A DNA stretch of 64,000 nucleotides from Clostridia bacterium (GCA_045546695.1 JAZQDE010000008.1:27782-91781); one strand, 5' to 3'; counted from the first letter of the stretch, positions 39,340 through 49,785 are shown. Numbers and translations are program-made. Notes: a model not told the origin generated them from the sequence alone.

Positions 39340-39879
39340 TTATTTTTTATGATATTCTTCATTTAATACGCATAAATCAGGCAAGTTTCTGTAAAGGCCT
39401 CCGCAATCAAGTCCGTATCCGATTACATATTCATTCGGAATTGTTATACCACTGTATTCCGGAACGATTTCTGTGACACGACGTGAAGGTTTGTCAAAAA
39501 TTGAACAGATTTTTACGCTTAACGGGTTGCGTGTTTCAAATAATTCTTTAAGATATTTCAGTGTAAGTCCTGTGTCAACAATATCTTCTACGATAATAAC
39601 GTGTTTGTCATTTATCGGAACGTCAATATCCTTTATAAGTCTTACAACACCTGAAGATTTAGTTGAAGCACCATAGCTTGATACTGCTATAAAATCCATC
39701 TGGAATGTAAGATCAATCTCTCTGATGAGATCTGCCATGAAAACAAAACCACCCTTTAAAACACATATAAGAAAAAGGTTTTTATCCTTGTAATCTTCTG
39801 TAATTTGTTTTCCTAAGCGTTTTACAGCTTCAGCTATTTCTTCTTTGCTGATTAATACTCTTTCAACATAATCTTTCAT
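39340..39879 (-). CDS. hpt: Hypoxanthine-guanine phosphoribosyltransferase.
   Basis: VIIVEDIVDTGLTL PRPP-binding motif. Gene order tilS-hpt-ftsH is conserved. Confidence 0.9.
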   Translation of the reverse strand: MKDYVERVLISKEEIAEAVKRLGKQITEDYKDKNLFLICVLKGGFVFMADLIREIDLTFQMDFIAVSSYGASTKSSGVVRLIKDIDVPINDKHVIIVEDIVDTGLTLKYLKELFETRNPLSVKICSIFDKPSRRVTEIVPEYSGITIPNEYVIGYGLDCGGLYRNLPDLCVLNEEYHKK

Positions 39880-39894
39880 AACAAACCTCCAAAA

Positions 39895-41283
39895 TTAAAT
39901 TACTCTTAATACTAATACATTTAAAGTAGTTTCGTCAATCCTCGCAATATCACTTCTTCTGAGTCCCGGGACCCATAACACATTATTGTCTATACATACA
40001 TTTTTCCGTACCTGCCGTTCAGACTGTGGTATTTTTTCATCTATATAGAATCTTCTGAGGGGTTTTGAACCATTTGCTCCAAACGGGTGAAAAATATCCC
40101 CTTCTTTAATTGTCCTATATTCCAAATTACTATTCAGAACGAAAATATCATGTATTTTATCATAATCAAAATATTCAACAAAAGGATTTTTTTCACAAAT
40201 CAGGTTTTTGTATTCGCCCTCTAAAACTGACCGGACTGAAACATCAAGTGATAAATTATTAGTGGACGGCATGGCGTTTTTATGCATAAATACTGCCCTG
40301 TCATATTCCGTTATACACACGATATCTGATAAAGCATCGTATGTTTTACCACTTCTTCTTGCCTGAATGCCGGATAATATTCTGAGAACTGCTTTTCTGT
40401 CGATATTAACGTATTCGGGAAAAACAGGCTTTTCATCAATTATCAGAGAAGCAAGACACATTCTGATAATTCTGTATTTAATTGCATCGTGAAAAGTGTC
40501 GAACAACTCGGTATTCAGGAAAACAAATGAAGAATCCTCTGAAATATTTGAACATTCACCAAATGCTTTTTTTGCTTCTTCTTCTATAAAGCTGTTGTCA
40601 CATGTCGCAGCTTCTGAAAGACTTAATATTTTATCGTCAATCTGCCCGGAAAGATTTTCTCGAAGAAAAGGAAGTACAACGTTGCGGATATTATTTCTCT
40701 TATATGAATTATCGGTGTTCGTGCTGTCAAAAGCAACCTGAACACCTGCTTTTTTACATATGTTGTTAATTTCTTCTTTTGAATAATCAAGTAAAGGCCT
40801 GATAATTTTATCACGACAATAGCTGATTCCTTTAAGACCGTTTATAGATGTTCCTCTTGCAATATTTCCGATAATTGTTTCAACATTATCATTTTTGTTG
40901 TGTGCAATGGCAATCTTAAGTCCACCATTTTCCATTGAAACGTTATTCAAAAACTCGTAACGCATATTACGGGCGCATTCTTCAAGGCCAAGCCCTCTTT
41001 GGGCTGCAATCTCAGGAATATTACCGTGCTGAACGACAAAACGGATATCATATTTTTTACATAAATTTCTGACAAGCAGCTCGTCGGCATCGCTCTCGAT
41101 ACCGCGTATCATATGATTATAATGGGCACAAATAATATGATTCTTATAATCTTCACCATAAAAATCAATCATAAGTAACAATAAACAAACAGAGTCCGAA
41201 CCGCCTGATACGGCAAGAACAACATCTTCTGTTTTTGTCAGCATTTTATGTTTTGAAATTGTATCAAAAAACTTACTTTGCAT
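39895..41283 (-). CDS. tilS: tRNA(Ile)-lysidine synthetase.
   Basis: PP-loop LAVSGGSDSVCLL (SGGxDS). Confidence 0.85.
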   Translation of the reverse strand: MQSKFFDTISKHKMLTKTEDVVLAVSGGSDSVCLLLLMIDFYGEDYKNHIICAHYNHMIRGIESDADELLVRNLCKKYDIRFVVQHGNIPEIAAQRGLGLEECARNMRYEFLNNVSMENGGLKIAIAHNKNDNVETIIGNIARGTSINGLKGISYCRDKIIRPLLDYSKEEINNICKKAGVQVAFDSTNTDNSYKRNNIRNVVLPFLRENLSGQIDDKILSLSEAATCDNSFIEEEAKKAFGECSNISEDSSFVFLNTELFDTFHDAIKYRIIRMCLASLIIDEKPVFPEYVNIDRKAVLRILSGIQARRSGKTYDALSDIVCITEYDRAVFMHKNAMPSTNNLSLDVSVRSVLEGEYKNLICEKNPFVEYFDYDKIHDIFVLNSNLEYRTIKEGDIFHPFGANGSKPLRRFYIDEKIPQSERQVRKNVCIDNNVLWVPGLRRSDIARIDETTLNVLVLRVI

Positions 41284-42592
41284 ATGATATATTTCTGAAT
41301 GTCATTGTCTCGCCTTCGAAAGCAAGCTGTACAGTACCTGTAGAACCATTTCTGTGCTTTCCGACAATAACTTCAGCTACGTTTTTAAATTCACTTTCTT
41401 TGTTGTAGTAGTCGTCTCTGTAAAGGAACAATACTACGTCTGCATCCTGCTCAATCGCACCTGATTCACGAAGGTCACTGAGCATAGGTCTTTTATCGCC
41501 ACGTTTCTCAACTTCTCGGCTAAGCTGCGAACCAACAATTACCGGTACATTCAGCTCACGGGCGAGCAACTTAAGTCCTCTTGAAATATCAGATACTTCT
41601 GTTGTTCTGTTATCTGATTTTGATCCGCTCTGCATAAGCTGCAGATAGTCGATGAAAATCATCTGAATGTCTTTTTCAACTTTAAGTTTTCTGCATTTTG
41701 CTCTTATACCTGAAATTGTAACGTCAGTTGAATCATCAAAATAAATCGGTGCATTTCCGAGTGTGTTAAATACGTTACCCAGCTTAACCCAGTCTTCTTC
41801 AAGGAATTGTTTACCTCCACGGAGCTTTTCTGACTCAATCTTAGTATCAGAACTGATCATACGTTTAATGAGCTGGTTTGCTGACATTTCCAGGTTAAAA
41901 ATAGCAACAGGAATGTTATTTTTAACGGCAGCATATTGAGCAATATTGAGCATTATAGCTGTCTTACCCATACCCGGTCTTGCAGCAATCAATACAAGAT
42001 CCGAATTCTGGAAACCAAGAAGCAATTTATCAAGATCATAAAATCCTGTCATAATTCCGGGAAGCTGACCTGAGCTGGCTGTAACACTGATATCTTCGTA
42101 TACAGATGATAATGCATCACCTAATTTAACGTATGATTTTGATGATTTATTCTGTGAAACGTTAAATATTGCCTGTTCACTGCTTTCAAGAAGTCCTGAT
42201 ACATCATCTAACGACTGGTAAGAATTCTTTGCAATATCACCTGCTGCTTTGATAAGCTTTCTCTGAATAGATTTATTCAGAATGATATTTACATATTGCA
42301 CTGCATTTGAAACAATCGCAACGTCATCTGTAAGTGAAATAAGGTATTGAAGTCCGCCTGCTTTGTCAAGTTCGCCAGTTGTCGTGAGCTTTTCAGATAC
42401 TGTTATAACGTCAATCGGAACATTCTGGTTGAAAAGCTGACACATTGCCGAAAAAATAAGTTCATGGTCATTTCTGTAAAAGTCGTCAGGCTTAATCATA
42501 TTGACAACATCATACATAACTGATGAGTCAACAAGGATTGAACCTAAAACAGATTTTTCCGCGTCTATATTCTGAGGAGGCAACATTTTCAT
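41273..42592 (-). CDS. dnaB: Replicative DNA helicase (DnaB family; DnaC in the B. subtilis nomenclature).
   Basis: N-terminus PQNIDAEKSVLGSIL, Walker A ARPGMGKTA, and the RecA-like fold. Confidence 0.9.
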   Translation of the reverse strand: MKMLPPQNIDAEKSVLGSILVDSSVMYDVVNMIKPDDFYRNDHELIFSAMCQLFNQNVPIDVITVSEKLTTTGELDKAGGLQYLISLTDDVAIVSNAVQYVNIILNKSIQRKLIKAAGDIAKNSYQSLDDVSGLLESSEQAIFNVSQNKSSKSYVKLGDALSSVYEDISVTASSGQLPGIMTGFYDLDKLLLGFQNSDLVLIAARPGMGKTAIMLNIAQYAAVKNNIPVAIFNLEMSANQLIKRMISSDTKIESEKLRGGKQFLEEDWVKLGNVFNTLGNAPIYFDDSTDVTISGIRAKCRKLKVEKDIQMIFIDYLQLMQSGSKSDNRTTEVSDISRGLKLLARELNVPVIVGSQLSREVEKRGDKRPMLSDLRESGAIEQDADVVLFLYRDDYYNKESEFKNVAEVIVGKHRNGSTGTVQLAFEGETMTFRNISYAK

Positions 42593-42622
42593 ATTATCAA
42601 CCTGAATCCTTTCGTAATTACA

Positions 42623-43060
42623 TTATACCTTAACGACAATTTTGGCACTTACACCTGTGTAAAGTTTAATCTCTACGTCATATGAACCTACGTTTTTAAT
42701 AGGATCGTTTAAAACGATTTTCTTTTTATCAACGTCGAGTCCGTACTGCGCTTTAATTGCATCCTGAATATCCTTATTGCTGATTGCACCGAAAAGTTTG
42801 CCATTTTCTCCAACTTTTGCGTTGATAGAAACAACTTTTTCGTTTAATTTATCAGCATATTCTTTTGCTGCCGCAAGTTCTCTTTTGGCTTTATTGTCAA
42901 GAGAATCTTTACGTTGCTTTACTTCGTTCATGTTACCTGCAGTAGCAGCAACAGCCAATTTGCGCGGCAAGAGATAGTTCTGGCCATAACCGTCGCTTAC
43001 TTCTACAATAGCATCTTTTTTTCCTAAACTTTTAACATCCTGTAATAAAATAACTTTCAT
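42623..43060 (-). CDS. rplI: 50S ribosomal protein L9.
   Basis: MKVILLQDVKSLGKKDAIVEVSDGYGQNYLLPRKLA is canonical L9. Confidence 0.9.
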   Translation of the reverse strand: MKVILLQDVKSLGKKDAIVEVSDGYGQNYLLPRKLAVAATAGNMNEVKQRKDSLDNKAKRELAAAKEYADKLNEKVVSINAKVGENGKLFGAISNKDIQDAIKAQYGLDVDKKKIVLNDPIKNVGSYDVEIKLYTGVSAKIVVKV

Positions 43061-43078
43061 TATCGAACCCTCCGATTT

Positions 43079-45139
43079 TTATTGCTTCATATAATCAGCA
43101 ATATTCAATATTAATTGAGCTTCTGCATCTTCAACCGTTATATCTTTCATGAATGTAGCAGCAGCTGTAAAATGACCTCCGCCATGGTTCATTTTTTCAA
43201 GAATAAGCTGAACATTAATTTTTCCTTTCGAACGACCTTTAATTTTCACAACGTTCCCGTTTTCTTCTGCAAGAACAAAGGATGCTTCTACACCAAGAAC
43301 ATCAAGCATCTGGTCACTTGCAATCGAGGCGACCATATCTTTATTGTCCATGCTAAGCGGTACTCGTGAGATCGATATTTTATTAAGCACAATCCTTGCA
43401 TTTGACGTTACGCGTGAAATATCAATAAATGTCTGCATGTCAGGCTGGCAATACTTTCGTACGCTGATTGTATCAACACCTTGTTTTCTTAAAAATGCAG
43501 CCGCATCAAAAGTACGTGTACCTGTCTTAAATGTGAAATATTTCGTATCTATCAGAATACCGGCATACATTGCTTCGACCTCAAGTGGATGAAGGTTGAT
43601 ATTCTGAACCATATAATTCAATAATTCTATAATCAATTCACTGGTAGAAGACGCATAAGTTTCTGAATAGTCAATAATAGCACCTTTGATATGATCGGCA
43701 CTTTTTCTGTGATGATCGATAACAACAACTCTGTCAATGTGTTCGAATAACTCAGGACACTCTGTCTTATCTTTGCTGAAAACGTCCACGACAACAAGCA
43801 AAAGATTTGTCATATTTGTCTCAGTAAGAGCTCTGCTTGTTCCTATAAATACATCTTCAAAATCGCCACTTTTTTTCAGGTTATCCATCATAATATCAAT
43901 TGTTGGATTTGAAGAATTTAATATGATATTTGACGGAATACCCAGCTCTGTACAAGCCCTGTATATTGCAAGAGCTGAACCAAGCGCGTCCATATCAGGA
44001 AAACGATGACCTACGATAAAGACTTTTTTGCTGGCTAATATTTCTTTTTTGAGCAGATCGGCTGTAAGTCGTGATTTAACCTTATTCAGACTCTCAAGTT
44101 CAATATCACTCGCGCCATAGAACGTATCTTTATTATCAATTCTGACAATTGCCTGGTCACCGCCTCTGTCAAGAGCAAGTTCAAGAGCTGAAGCAGCTGC
44201 GTTATAATTATCTTCTACTGTATTGTTATATGATGCAATACCGATACTCAATGTAACCGGTATATTATTTCCGACGTTGATTTTTTTAGCTTCATTAAGA
44301 ACTGAAAATTTATCTTTTTCAAGCTGATGGAGCTCATCGTCCTCGATAACAAGTAAATATTTATCTCTTGTTCTTTTCTTGAGAATAGCCTTTTTGCCTT
44401 CAAGCCATTTATCGAAAATTTTCGACAGCTCAACTGTTATCTGATTCATAACAGCCTCACCGCTTTGCTGATAGATTTCCTCGTAGCTGTCTACGACAAT
44501 CTCTCCGATTGCTGTACGACGTTTTTTATACAACTTCTGCAAATCAGTAAATTCTGTAGTCTCCACAAAATAAATCATGATAGCAAATTCAGGCTTATCT
44601 TCATCAACAGTATCAACTATTGAATAATAAATTATAAAAGAACGGTCATTTATCGTTTCTGTAAAAATCTTATCTTTGTTGTTATATTCAATCTGCGGGC
44701 GTAATTTTATTGAAAAAAATTCATACAAATAATTTTTTAATTGGCTTTTATTCGTAAAAACGGCAGTAAGCTCTTCATTTGCCCATATAAGTTTTCCTTT
44801 TGGAGTAATAAACGCAATGGGCAGCTTAAATTGTGTAATCGAACCTGCGCCAATACGCATGTCGTCTCCGTACAGATAGTATGAAAGATTTTTTACTGTT
44901 CTGAGGTTAATTTTTCTGTTAATAAGATAAACGGCAACGTTAATAAAAGAAAACGCAAGGAAAAAGATAAGAACTCCTGTGAAAGCAGCATATTGCTTTA
45001 TTGACAAGAGTGAAAAAGCAGAAATAATTGCCATAATCATTACGACAATAAAGTTTACAATCTGCATGTTTATCTTTTTAAAAAGCCTGTCTTTCATAAA
45101 ATAACCTCTTTTGCAATAAGAAAAATAAGTGCTTATCAA
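43079..45139 (-). CDS. gdpP: Cyclic-di-AMP phosphodiesterase GdpP (DHH/DHHA1 with N-terminal TM plus degenerate GGDEF).
   Basis: Two N-terminal TM helices, the VVIDHHR DHH motif, and a C-terminal DHHA1 GGGH. The gdpP-rplI-dnaB order is conserved. Confidence 0.85.
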   Translation of the reverse strand: MISTYFSYCKRGYFMKDRLFKKINMQIVNFIVVMIMAIISAFSLLSIKQYAAFTGVLIFFLAFSFINVAVYLINRKINLRTVKNLSYYLYGDDMRIGAGSITQFKLPIAFITPKGKLIWANEELTAVFTNKSQLKNYLYEFFSIKLRPQIEYNNKDKIFTETINDRSFIIYYSIVDTVDEDKPEFAIMIYFVETTEFTDLQKLYKKRRTAIGEIVVDSYEEIYQQSGEAVMNQITVELSKIFDKWLEGKKAILKKRTRDKYLLVIEDDELHQLEKDKFSVLNEAKKINVGNNIPVTLSIGIASYNNTVEDNYNAAASALELALDRGGDQAIVRIDNKDTFYGASDIELESLNKVKSRLTADLLKKEILASKKVFIVGHRFPDMDALGSALAIYRACTELGIPSNIILNSSNPTIDIMMDNLKKSGDFEDVFIGTSRALTETNMTNLLLVVVDVFSKDKTECPELFEHIDRVVVIDHHRKSADHIKGAIIDYSETYASSTSELIIELLNYMVQNINLHPLEVEAMYAGILIDTKYFTFKTGTRTFDAAAFLRKQGVDTISVRKYCQPDMQTFIDISRVTSNARIVLNKISISRVPLSMDNKDMVASIASDQMLDVLGVEASFVLAEENGNVVKIKGRSKGKINVQLILEKMNHGGGHFTAAATFMKDITVEDAEAQLILNIADYMKQ

Positions 45140-45172
45140 TTTATTCTTAATTGATAAGCACCTTTATGTTTA

Positions 45173-45466
45173 TTAGTCAGCTGAGAACGGCATTAAGGCA
45201 ACATGTCTTGCTCTCTTAATAGCTATTGTAAGCTGTCTTTGGTGCTTAGCGCAGCAACCTGAAACACGTCTTGGGAGAATCTTACCTCTCTCTGAAACGA
45301 ACTTCTTAAGCTTTGCAATATCTTTATAATCAATATCCTGTGCTTTATCTACACAGAAAGGACATACCTTTTTATGCGGTCTTTTTGCTCTTACGCCAAC
45401 CTTGGAATCGCCTTTATCAAAGCCTTCCTTGCCGGACTTTTCATTTTTAGCATATGGCATAACCAC
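45173..45466 (-). CDS. rpsR: 30S ribosomal protein S18.
   Basis: ...CPFCVDK...[14 protein letters not shown]...ARHVALMPF. Confidence 0.9.
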   Translation of the reverse strand: MVMPYAKNEKSGKEGFDKGDSKVGVRAKRPHKKVCPFCVDKAQDIDYKDIAKLKKFVSERGKILPRRVSGCCAKHQRQLTIAIKRARHVALMPFSAD

Positions 45467-45486
45467 TAACCTCCTTACTTAATAAA

Positions 45487-45954
45487 TTAAAATGGAACTC
45501 CCTCATCGTCAACAGCGAAATAGCCGTCATCAAATGAATCGGGTCCGTTATTCTGCGGTGCAGAATATGTTTGCTGTGTTCTGTCAACATTGTTGGAATA
45601 TGGTTGTTGTGTGCCTGCCGGCATGCCATTACTATCCTGGCGCTTGCTCTCACAGAATTCTACTTCATCAGCAATAACTTCTGTAACGTAGTGACGTTTT
45701 CCGTCGTTATCATCCCATGAACGAGTCTGAATTGAACCTACAACGGCAATTCTGCTGCCTTTTGTAAAGTATTTGCTGACAAATTCTGCTGTCTGTCTCC
45801 AGGCAACAACAGGAATAAAATCTGCCTGATTCTGGCCGTCTGTCTTAAATCTTCTGTCAACAGCGACTGTAAACTGACATACTGCGACGTTATTCGGAGT
45901 ATATCTGAGCTCAGGCTCTTTGGTTAATCTACCCATTAATACAACTTTATTCAT
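45487..45954 (-). CDS. ssb: Single-stranded DNA-binding protein.
   Basis: MNKVVLMGRLTKEPELRYTPNNVAVCQFTVAV OB-fold and the acidic C-terminal DDEGVPF. Confidence 0.9.
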   Translation of the reverse strand: MNKVVLMGRLTKEPELRYTPNNVAVCQFTVAVDRRFKTDGQNQADFIPVVAWRQTAEFVSKYFTKGSRIAVVGSIQTRSWDDNDGKRHYVTEVIADEVEFCESKRQDSNGMPAGTQQPYSNNVDRTQQTYSAPQNNGPDSFDDGYFAVDDEGVPF

Positions 45955-45958
45955 ATAA

Positions 45959-46252
45959 TCATTCCCTTCTTAATGTAAGATATCTCAATACACCATCTGT
46001 TATCTTGAACACTCTTTCAAGCTCTTGAGGGAACTCAGGACTTGATTCAAACGTAGCCAAAACATAATATCCTTCTGTATAATCATCGATAGGATATGCA
46101 AGACGACGTTTACCCCATTCAGCAAAAGTATCAACAGTACCTGAAGCCTCCAACATTGCCTTGAATTTGTCGACAACAGACTTGATCTCTTCCTCACTTA
46201 ACTGAGGATTTACAATAAACATAACTTCGTACTTATTCATCTTTCTTTTCAC
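45959..46252 (-). CDS. rpsF: 30S ribosomal protein S6.
   Basis: MNKYEVMFIVNPQLSEEE... The true start is probably the internal MNKYE. Confidence 0.85.
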   Translation of the reverse strand: MKRKMNKYEVMFIVNPQLSEEEIKSVVDKFKAMLEASGTVDTFAEWGKRRLAYPIDDYTEGYYVLATFESSPEFPQELERVFKITDGVLRYLTLRRE

Positions 46253-46326
46253 CTCCTTCTGGACTCATGGCCCCTTCCTTTATGGATGGAGCAAGGAATA
46301 ACTGCTAAAGTATATCACATTGTTTT

Positions 46327-47430
46327 TTATAAAACAAGCAGTTTTTTAGGAATTCCAGGCGATAAATTTACTAATTTATAATCCACTATCGTAAACAAAT
46401 CTTCTATTCTGACACCGCCGAGATTTTCAATATATATACCAGGTTCAATGCTGAAAACATATCCGTTTTCAAGAACATTATCCCCTCTTTTGTTAACGCT
46501 GATATGTTCGTGTACTTCAAGTCCGACTCCATGACCGAGACCGTGCGCGAAATATTCTCCGTATCCTTTTGATGCTATGTAGTCTCTTGCAATCGTGTCA
46601 AGATCGATGCCGGTCATGCCATATCTGAAGTTGTCGATTGCATACTGCTGTGACTGACGTACTACTTCATATATTTCACTGAGCTTGTCAAATTCTTCTT
46701 TTCTTGATTCCGGAGCTTCTCCGACAAAAAAAGTTCTTGTGTGATCAGAACAATATTTGTTATAAACTGCGCCAAAATCAATCGTTACGATATCGCCTTG
46801 TTCAATTATTTTATCAGAAGCAGTGGCATGTGGCATTGATGATCGAACACCGGATGCAACAATAGTATCAAATGACGGACCGTCAGCGCCTTTTTTACGC
46901 ATTTTATATTCAAGTTCTGTTGCAACTTCACGCTCGCTCATACCGGGCTTAATAAAGCTCATAAGCTCAATAAAAGACTCTTCTGCTATAGCGCACGCTT
47001 TTTTTATTCTGGAGATTTCATCAGAATCCTTGTAATTTCTTAATGTATTTTCGATGAAATAATCAAACTCACGTAGTTCTATACCTTTTTCACCGGCAAT
47101 TTCTGTCAGTAATTTATACTCGCTGTACATAACTGACATATTTTCAAAAGCAAGTGTTCTGATATTCTCTTTTTCAAGGATAGTCGATATGGAATTGCGA
47201 TTGAGGGCAGATGTAATCTCAGCTTTAAAATCAGGGCATTGTTCTGCAACCTGAAACGTATATCTTGAGTCGGTAATTATATACTGCTTGTCGGCTGTAA
47301 TTATAAGTCTTGCATCGTCTCCGCCTGTAAAGCCTGAAAAATAATAGACGTTATGCTGAAAAGATATAAAAGCAGCATCGATTTTATTTTCACTCAGATA
47401 TTCTCTTAATTTATTTATTCTTCTTAACAT
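46327..47430 (-). CDS. pepP: Xaa-Pro aminopeptidase (M24 family, PepP/YqhT-like).
   Basis: Metal-ligand motifs DHTRTF, HGLGHGVGLEVHE and SIEPGIY. The ATG at 47430 (MLRRINKLREYL...) fits the PepP N-terminus better than the TTG at 47472. Confidence 0.8.
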   Translation of the reverse strand: MLRRINKLREYLSENKIDAAFISFQHNVYYFSGFTGGDDARLIITADKQYIITDSRYTFQVAEQCPDFKAEITSALNRNSISTILEKENIRTLAFENMSVMYSEYKLLTEIAGEKGIELREFDYFIENTLRNYKDSDEISRIKKACAIAEESFIELMSFIKPGMSEREVATELEYKMRKKGADGPSFDTIVASGVRSSMPHATASDKIIEQGDIVTIDFGAVYNKYCSDHTRTFFVGEAPESRKEEFDKLSEIYEVVRQSQQYAIDNFRYGMTGIDLDTIARDYIASKGYGEYFAHGLGHGVGLEVHEHISVNKRGDNVLENGYVFSIEPGIYIENLGGVRIEDLFTIVDYKLVNLSPGIPKKLLVL

Positions 47431-47923
47431 ACGCTGCAAACGGCCTTTCAAAAAATCTTTTAAATCTAACAAACCCGGGTTCGATTTTAAGGTTGATAGG
47501 TCTTACCGCAATTGATAAACAACCGTAATTATTACCACCCAATATATCGGTGAAAACCTGGTCTCCGACCATTGCGATCTCTTCCGGTTTGAGATTAAGC
47601 TTCTCAGCCAGATATTTATAACCTTTTTTCTTTGGCTTGAGAGCTTCAAAAACATAATATACTTCAGGAAAATCTTCCTTCGGAAAACCACTTATAAATC
47701 TAAGTACACGTGGTTCTTTTGCATTTGAAATAATTGCAACAAAAAAACCTTCACCTGCCATTTTGCGGAAAAGCGAAATGGAATTTTCTGTCGGTAAAGG
47801 CGTGGAATATTCTTCTAATGTATTATCGATATCAAAGAAGAAGGCCTTGATACCACGGGCCTTCATATCATCTAAATCAATATCAAAAACTGTTTCAACA
47901 AAAACGTCAGGACGTAATTTCAA
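47411..47923 (-). CDS. HAD-superfamily phosphatase of the YqeG family.
   Basis: FFFDIDNTL (DxD) and VGDQVFTDILGGNNYG. The start was reassigned to the TTG at 47923, which is preceded by RBS AAAGGAGA immediately after the aroK stop. The ORF track's upstream extension would overlap aroK. Confidence 0.65.
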   Translation of the reverse strand: MKLRPDVFVETVFDIDLDDMKARGIKAFFFDIDNTLEEYSTPLPTENSISLFRKMAGEGFFVAIISNAKEPRVLRFISGFPKEDFPEVYYVFEALKPKKKGYKYLAEKLNLKPEEIAMVGDQVFTDILGGNNYGCLSIAVRPINLKIEPGFVRFKRFFERPFAAYVKKNK

Positions 47924-47936
47924 ATTGATTCTCCTT

Positions 47937-48488
47937 TTATTCTTCTGTTGTCTGCTTTTCCATAGCAACGAGGCCCTGGTCTTCGAGCAAACGAATAATT
48001 GCATTGATAGCATCTTCTTTATTTGCGTCATTCGGAACTTCGAAATTGCAATATTTTTTATAAAGAGGAAGCCTGGTCTTATATAAAGTAAGTAATTTAT
48101 CAAGACTTGGCTGTCTTAAAAGCGGTCTTTTGTCCATTACTCTTTTTGGTGTTGTAATAAATCTGGCAAAATGTCTGTGTATGAAAATAACGGCAGTCTC
48201 ATCAGACTTGAAAAAAGCCATATTGTTTTCACGCGTGACAACGCCGCCACCTGTTGCTACTACTGCATTTTTAACTTCTGAAAGATTCCTGGCAACCTGT
48301 GTCTCTATCTCGCGGAAAGCCGGCTCCCCTTTTTCTTCAAAGATGCTCTGAATGCTCATACCTGCCGTATTTACAATCTCTTCATCCATGTCGTAAAAAG
48401 TAAAGCCAAAGTAATCAGCAACAGCACGACCTATTGCTGATTTACCTGAACATGGCATACCAATAAAAATTACTCTTTCAATTGCCAT
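47937..48488 (-). CDS. aroK: Shikimate kinase.
   Basis: P-loop GMPCSGKSAIGR and MDEEIV. Its start overlaps the korC stop by 1 nt. Confidence 0.85.
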   Translation of the reverse strand: MAIERVIFIGMPCSGKSAIGRAVADYFGFTFYDMDEEIVNTAGMSIQSIFEEKGEPAFREIETQVARNLSEVKNAVVATGGGVVTRENNMAFFKSDETAVIFIHRHFARFITTPKRVMDKRPLLRQPSLDKLLTLYKTRLPLYKKYCNFEVPNDANKEDAINAIIRLLEDQGLVAMEKQTTEE

Positions 48489-49063
48489 TAATAGTCAAAA
48501 CCTGCCTTTAATGCTTTCATTTCATCAGGAATGAGGAAATGCTTTGATGGTTTAAGAACGTCGTAAAGTGACTTTTCAAAGCTCTCAAAACCGATAATTG
48601 AAGTCTCTTTAATGAGTTTACCAAGCAAAATGATACCTGCAAACGTTGCATTGCCGTATTCATCTGCCATGCGTGTTGCCGGGATACCAAAATACTTGAT
48701 ATCATCTCTTGTCTTTACGTCATCACTTACAAGACTGCTATCGTAAATAACAATACCGCCTTCTTCAACGTATGATTCAAACTTTTCAAATGAAGGTCTG
48801 TTCATTACGATAATAGCTGTTGCTCTTGTAACGATTGGTGAACCAACTTCTTCATCACCAACGATTACGCTACAGTTTGCTGTGCCGCCTCTTTTTTCCG
48901 GTCCGTATGACGGAAGCCATGATACGTTTTTATTTTCAATCAGTCCGGCATGAGCGATAAAATGTCCCATTGACAAAATACCTTGTCCACCGAAACCTGC
49001 CAATATTAACTGGTTCACAAAAATCATCCTTTCTATCAGATATTGCTTGTATCTTTGTAGCAT
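48488..49063 (-). CDS. 2-oxoacid:ferredoxin oxidoreductase, gamma subunit.
   Basis: LILAGFGGQGILSMG is typical of the PorC/KorC/VorC gamma subunit. Confidence 0.85.
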   Translation of the reverse strand: MLQRYKQYLIERMIFVNQLILAGFGGQGILSMGHFIAHAGLIENKNVSWLPSYGPEKRGGTANCSVIVGDEEVGSPIVTRATAIIVMNRPSFEKFESYVEEGGIVIYDSSLVSDDVKTRDDIKYFGIPATRMADEYGNATFAGIILLGKLIKETSIIGFESFEKSLYDVLKPSKHFLIPDEMKALKAGFDY

Positions 49064-49785
49064 CCCAAAGGATAATGCTCCATCATGTTTTCACGAAGCC
49101 ATTCTAAAGACTTCTGAGGCTTCATACCCCAGTTTGTGGGACATGTGGAGAGAACTTCTACAAGTGCAAAGCCTTTGCCTTCAAGCTGAACCTGGAAAGC
49201 CTTTTTGATTGCAGCCTTTGCCTTCTTTATATTCTTTACAGTATCAACAGATACTCTTTCGATATATACTGCACCTTCAAGTGTCGAGAGCATCTCTGAT
49301 ACTCTTACGGGATAGCCGTGAAGCTCCGGCTTACGGCCAAAAGGTGTTGTTGTACTTACCTGACCTACGAGTGTTGTAGGCGCCATCTGGCCGGATGTCA
49401 TACCGTAAATTGCGTTGTTTACGAAGATTGTAGTAATCTTTTCACCGCGAGTAGCAGCATGAACGATCTCTGCTGTACCGATAGCTGCAAGGTCGCCGTC
49501 GCCCTGGTATGTGAAAACAACGTTTTCAGGAAGAGAACGTTTGATACCTGTAGCTACTGCCGGAGCACGTCCGTGAGCTGCCTGTACCATGTCACAGTTA
49601 AAATATAAATAGTTATTATATGTACAACCTACAGGTGAAACACCTACTGTCTTGCCTTCAATGCCGAGTTCGTCGATAACTTCAGCAACGAGTCTGTGAA
49701 TAATACCGTGTGTGCAACCGGGACAATAATGTGTAGGTACGTCTACAAGTGCGTGTGGTCTGTCAAAAACAATGCTCATTATCAA
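49036..49785 (-). CDS. 2-oxoacid:ferredoxin oxidoreductase, beta (TPP-binding) subunit.
   Basis: CPGCTHG and the GDGDLAAIG TPP motif. Confidence 0.85.
   Translation of the reverse strand: MIMSIVFDRPHALVDVPTHYCPGCTHGIIHRLVAEVIDELGIEGKTVGVSPVGCTYNNYLYFNCDMVQAAHGRAPAVATGIKRSLPENVVFTYQGDGDLAAIGTAEIVHAATRGEKITTIFVNNAIYGMTSGQMAPTTLVGQVSTTTPFGRKPELHGYPVRVSEMLSTLEGAVYIERVSVDTVKNIKKAKAAIKKAFQVQLEGKGFALVEVLSTCPTNWGMKPQKSLEWLRENMMEHYPLGCYKDTSNI

Noticed and set aside
47476-47500. tRNA-like GGTTCGATT (T-arm-like) sequence.
   Set aside because: There is no acceptor-stem/anticodon-arm context and it sits inside the HAD phosphatase coding sequence. Not a tRNA.
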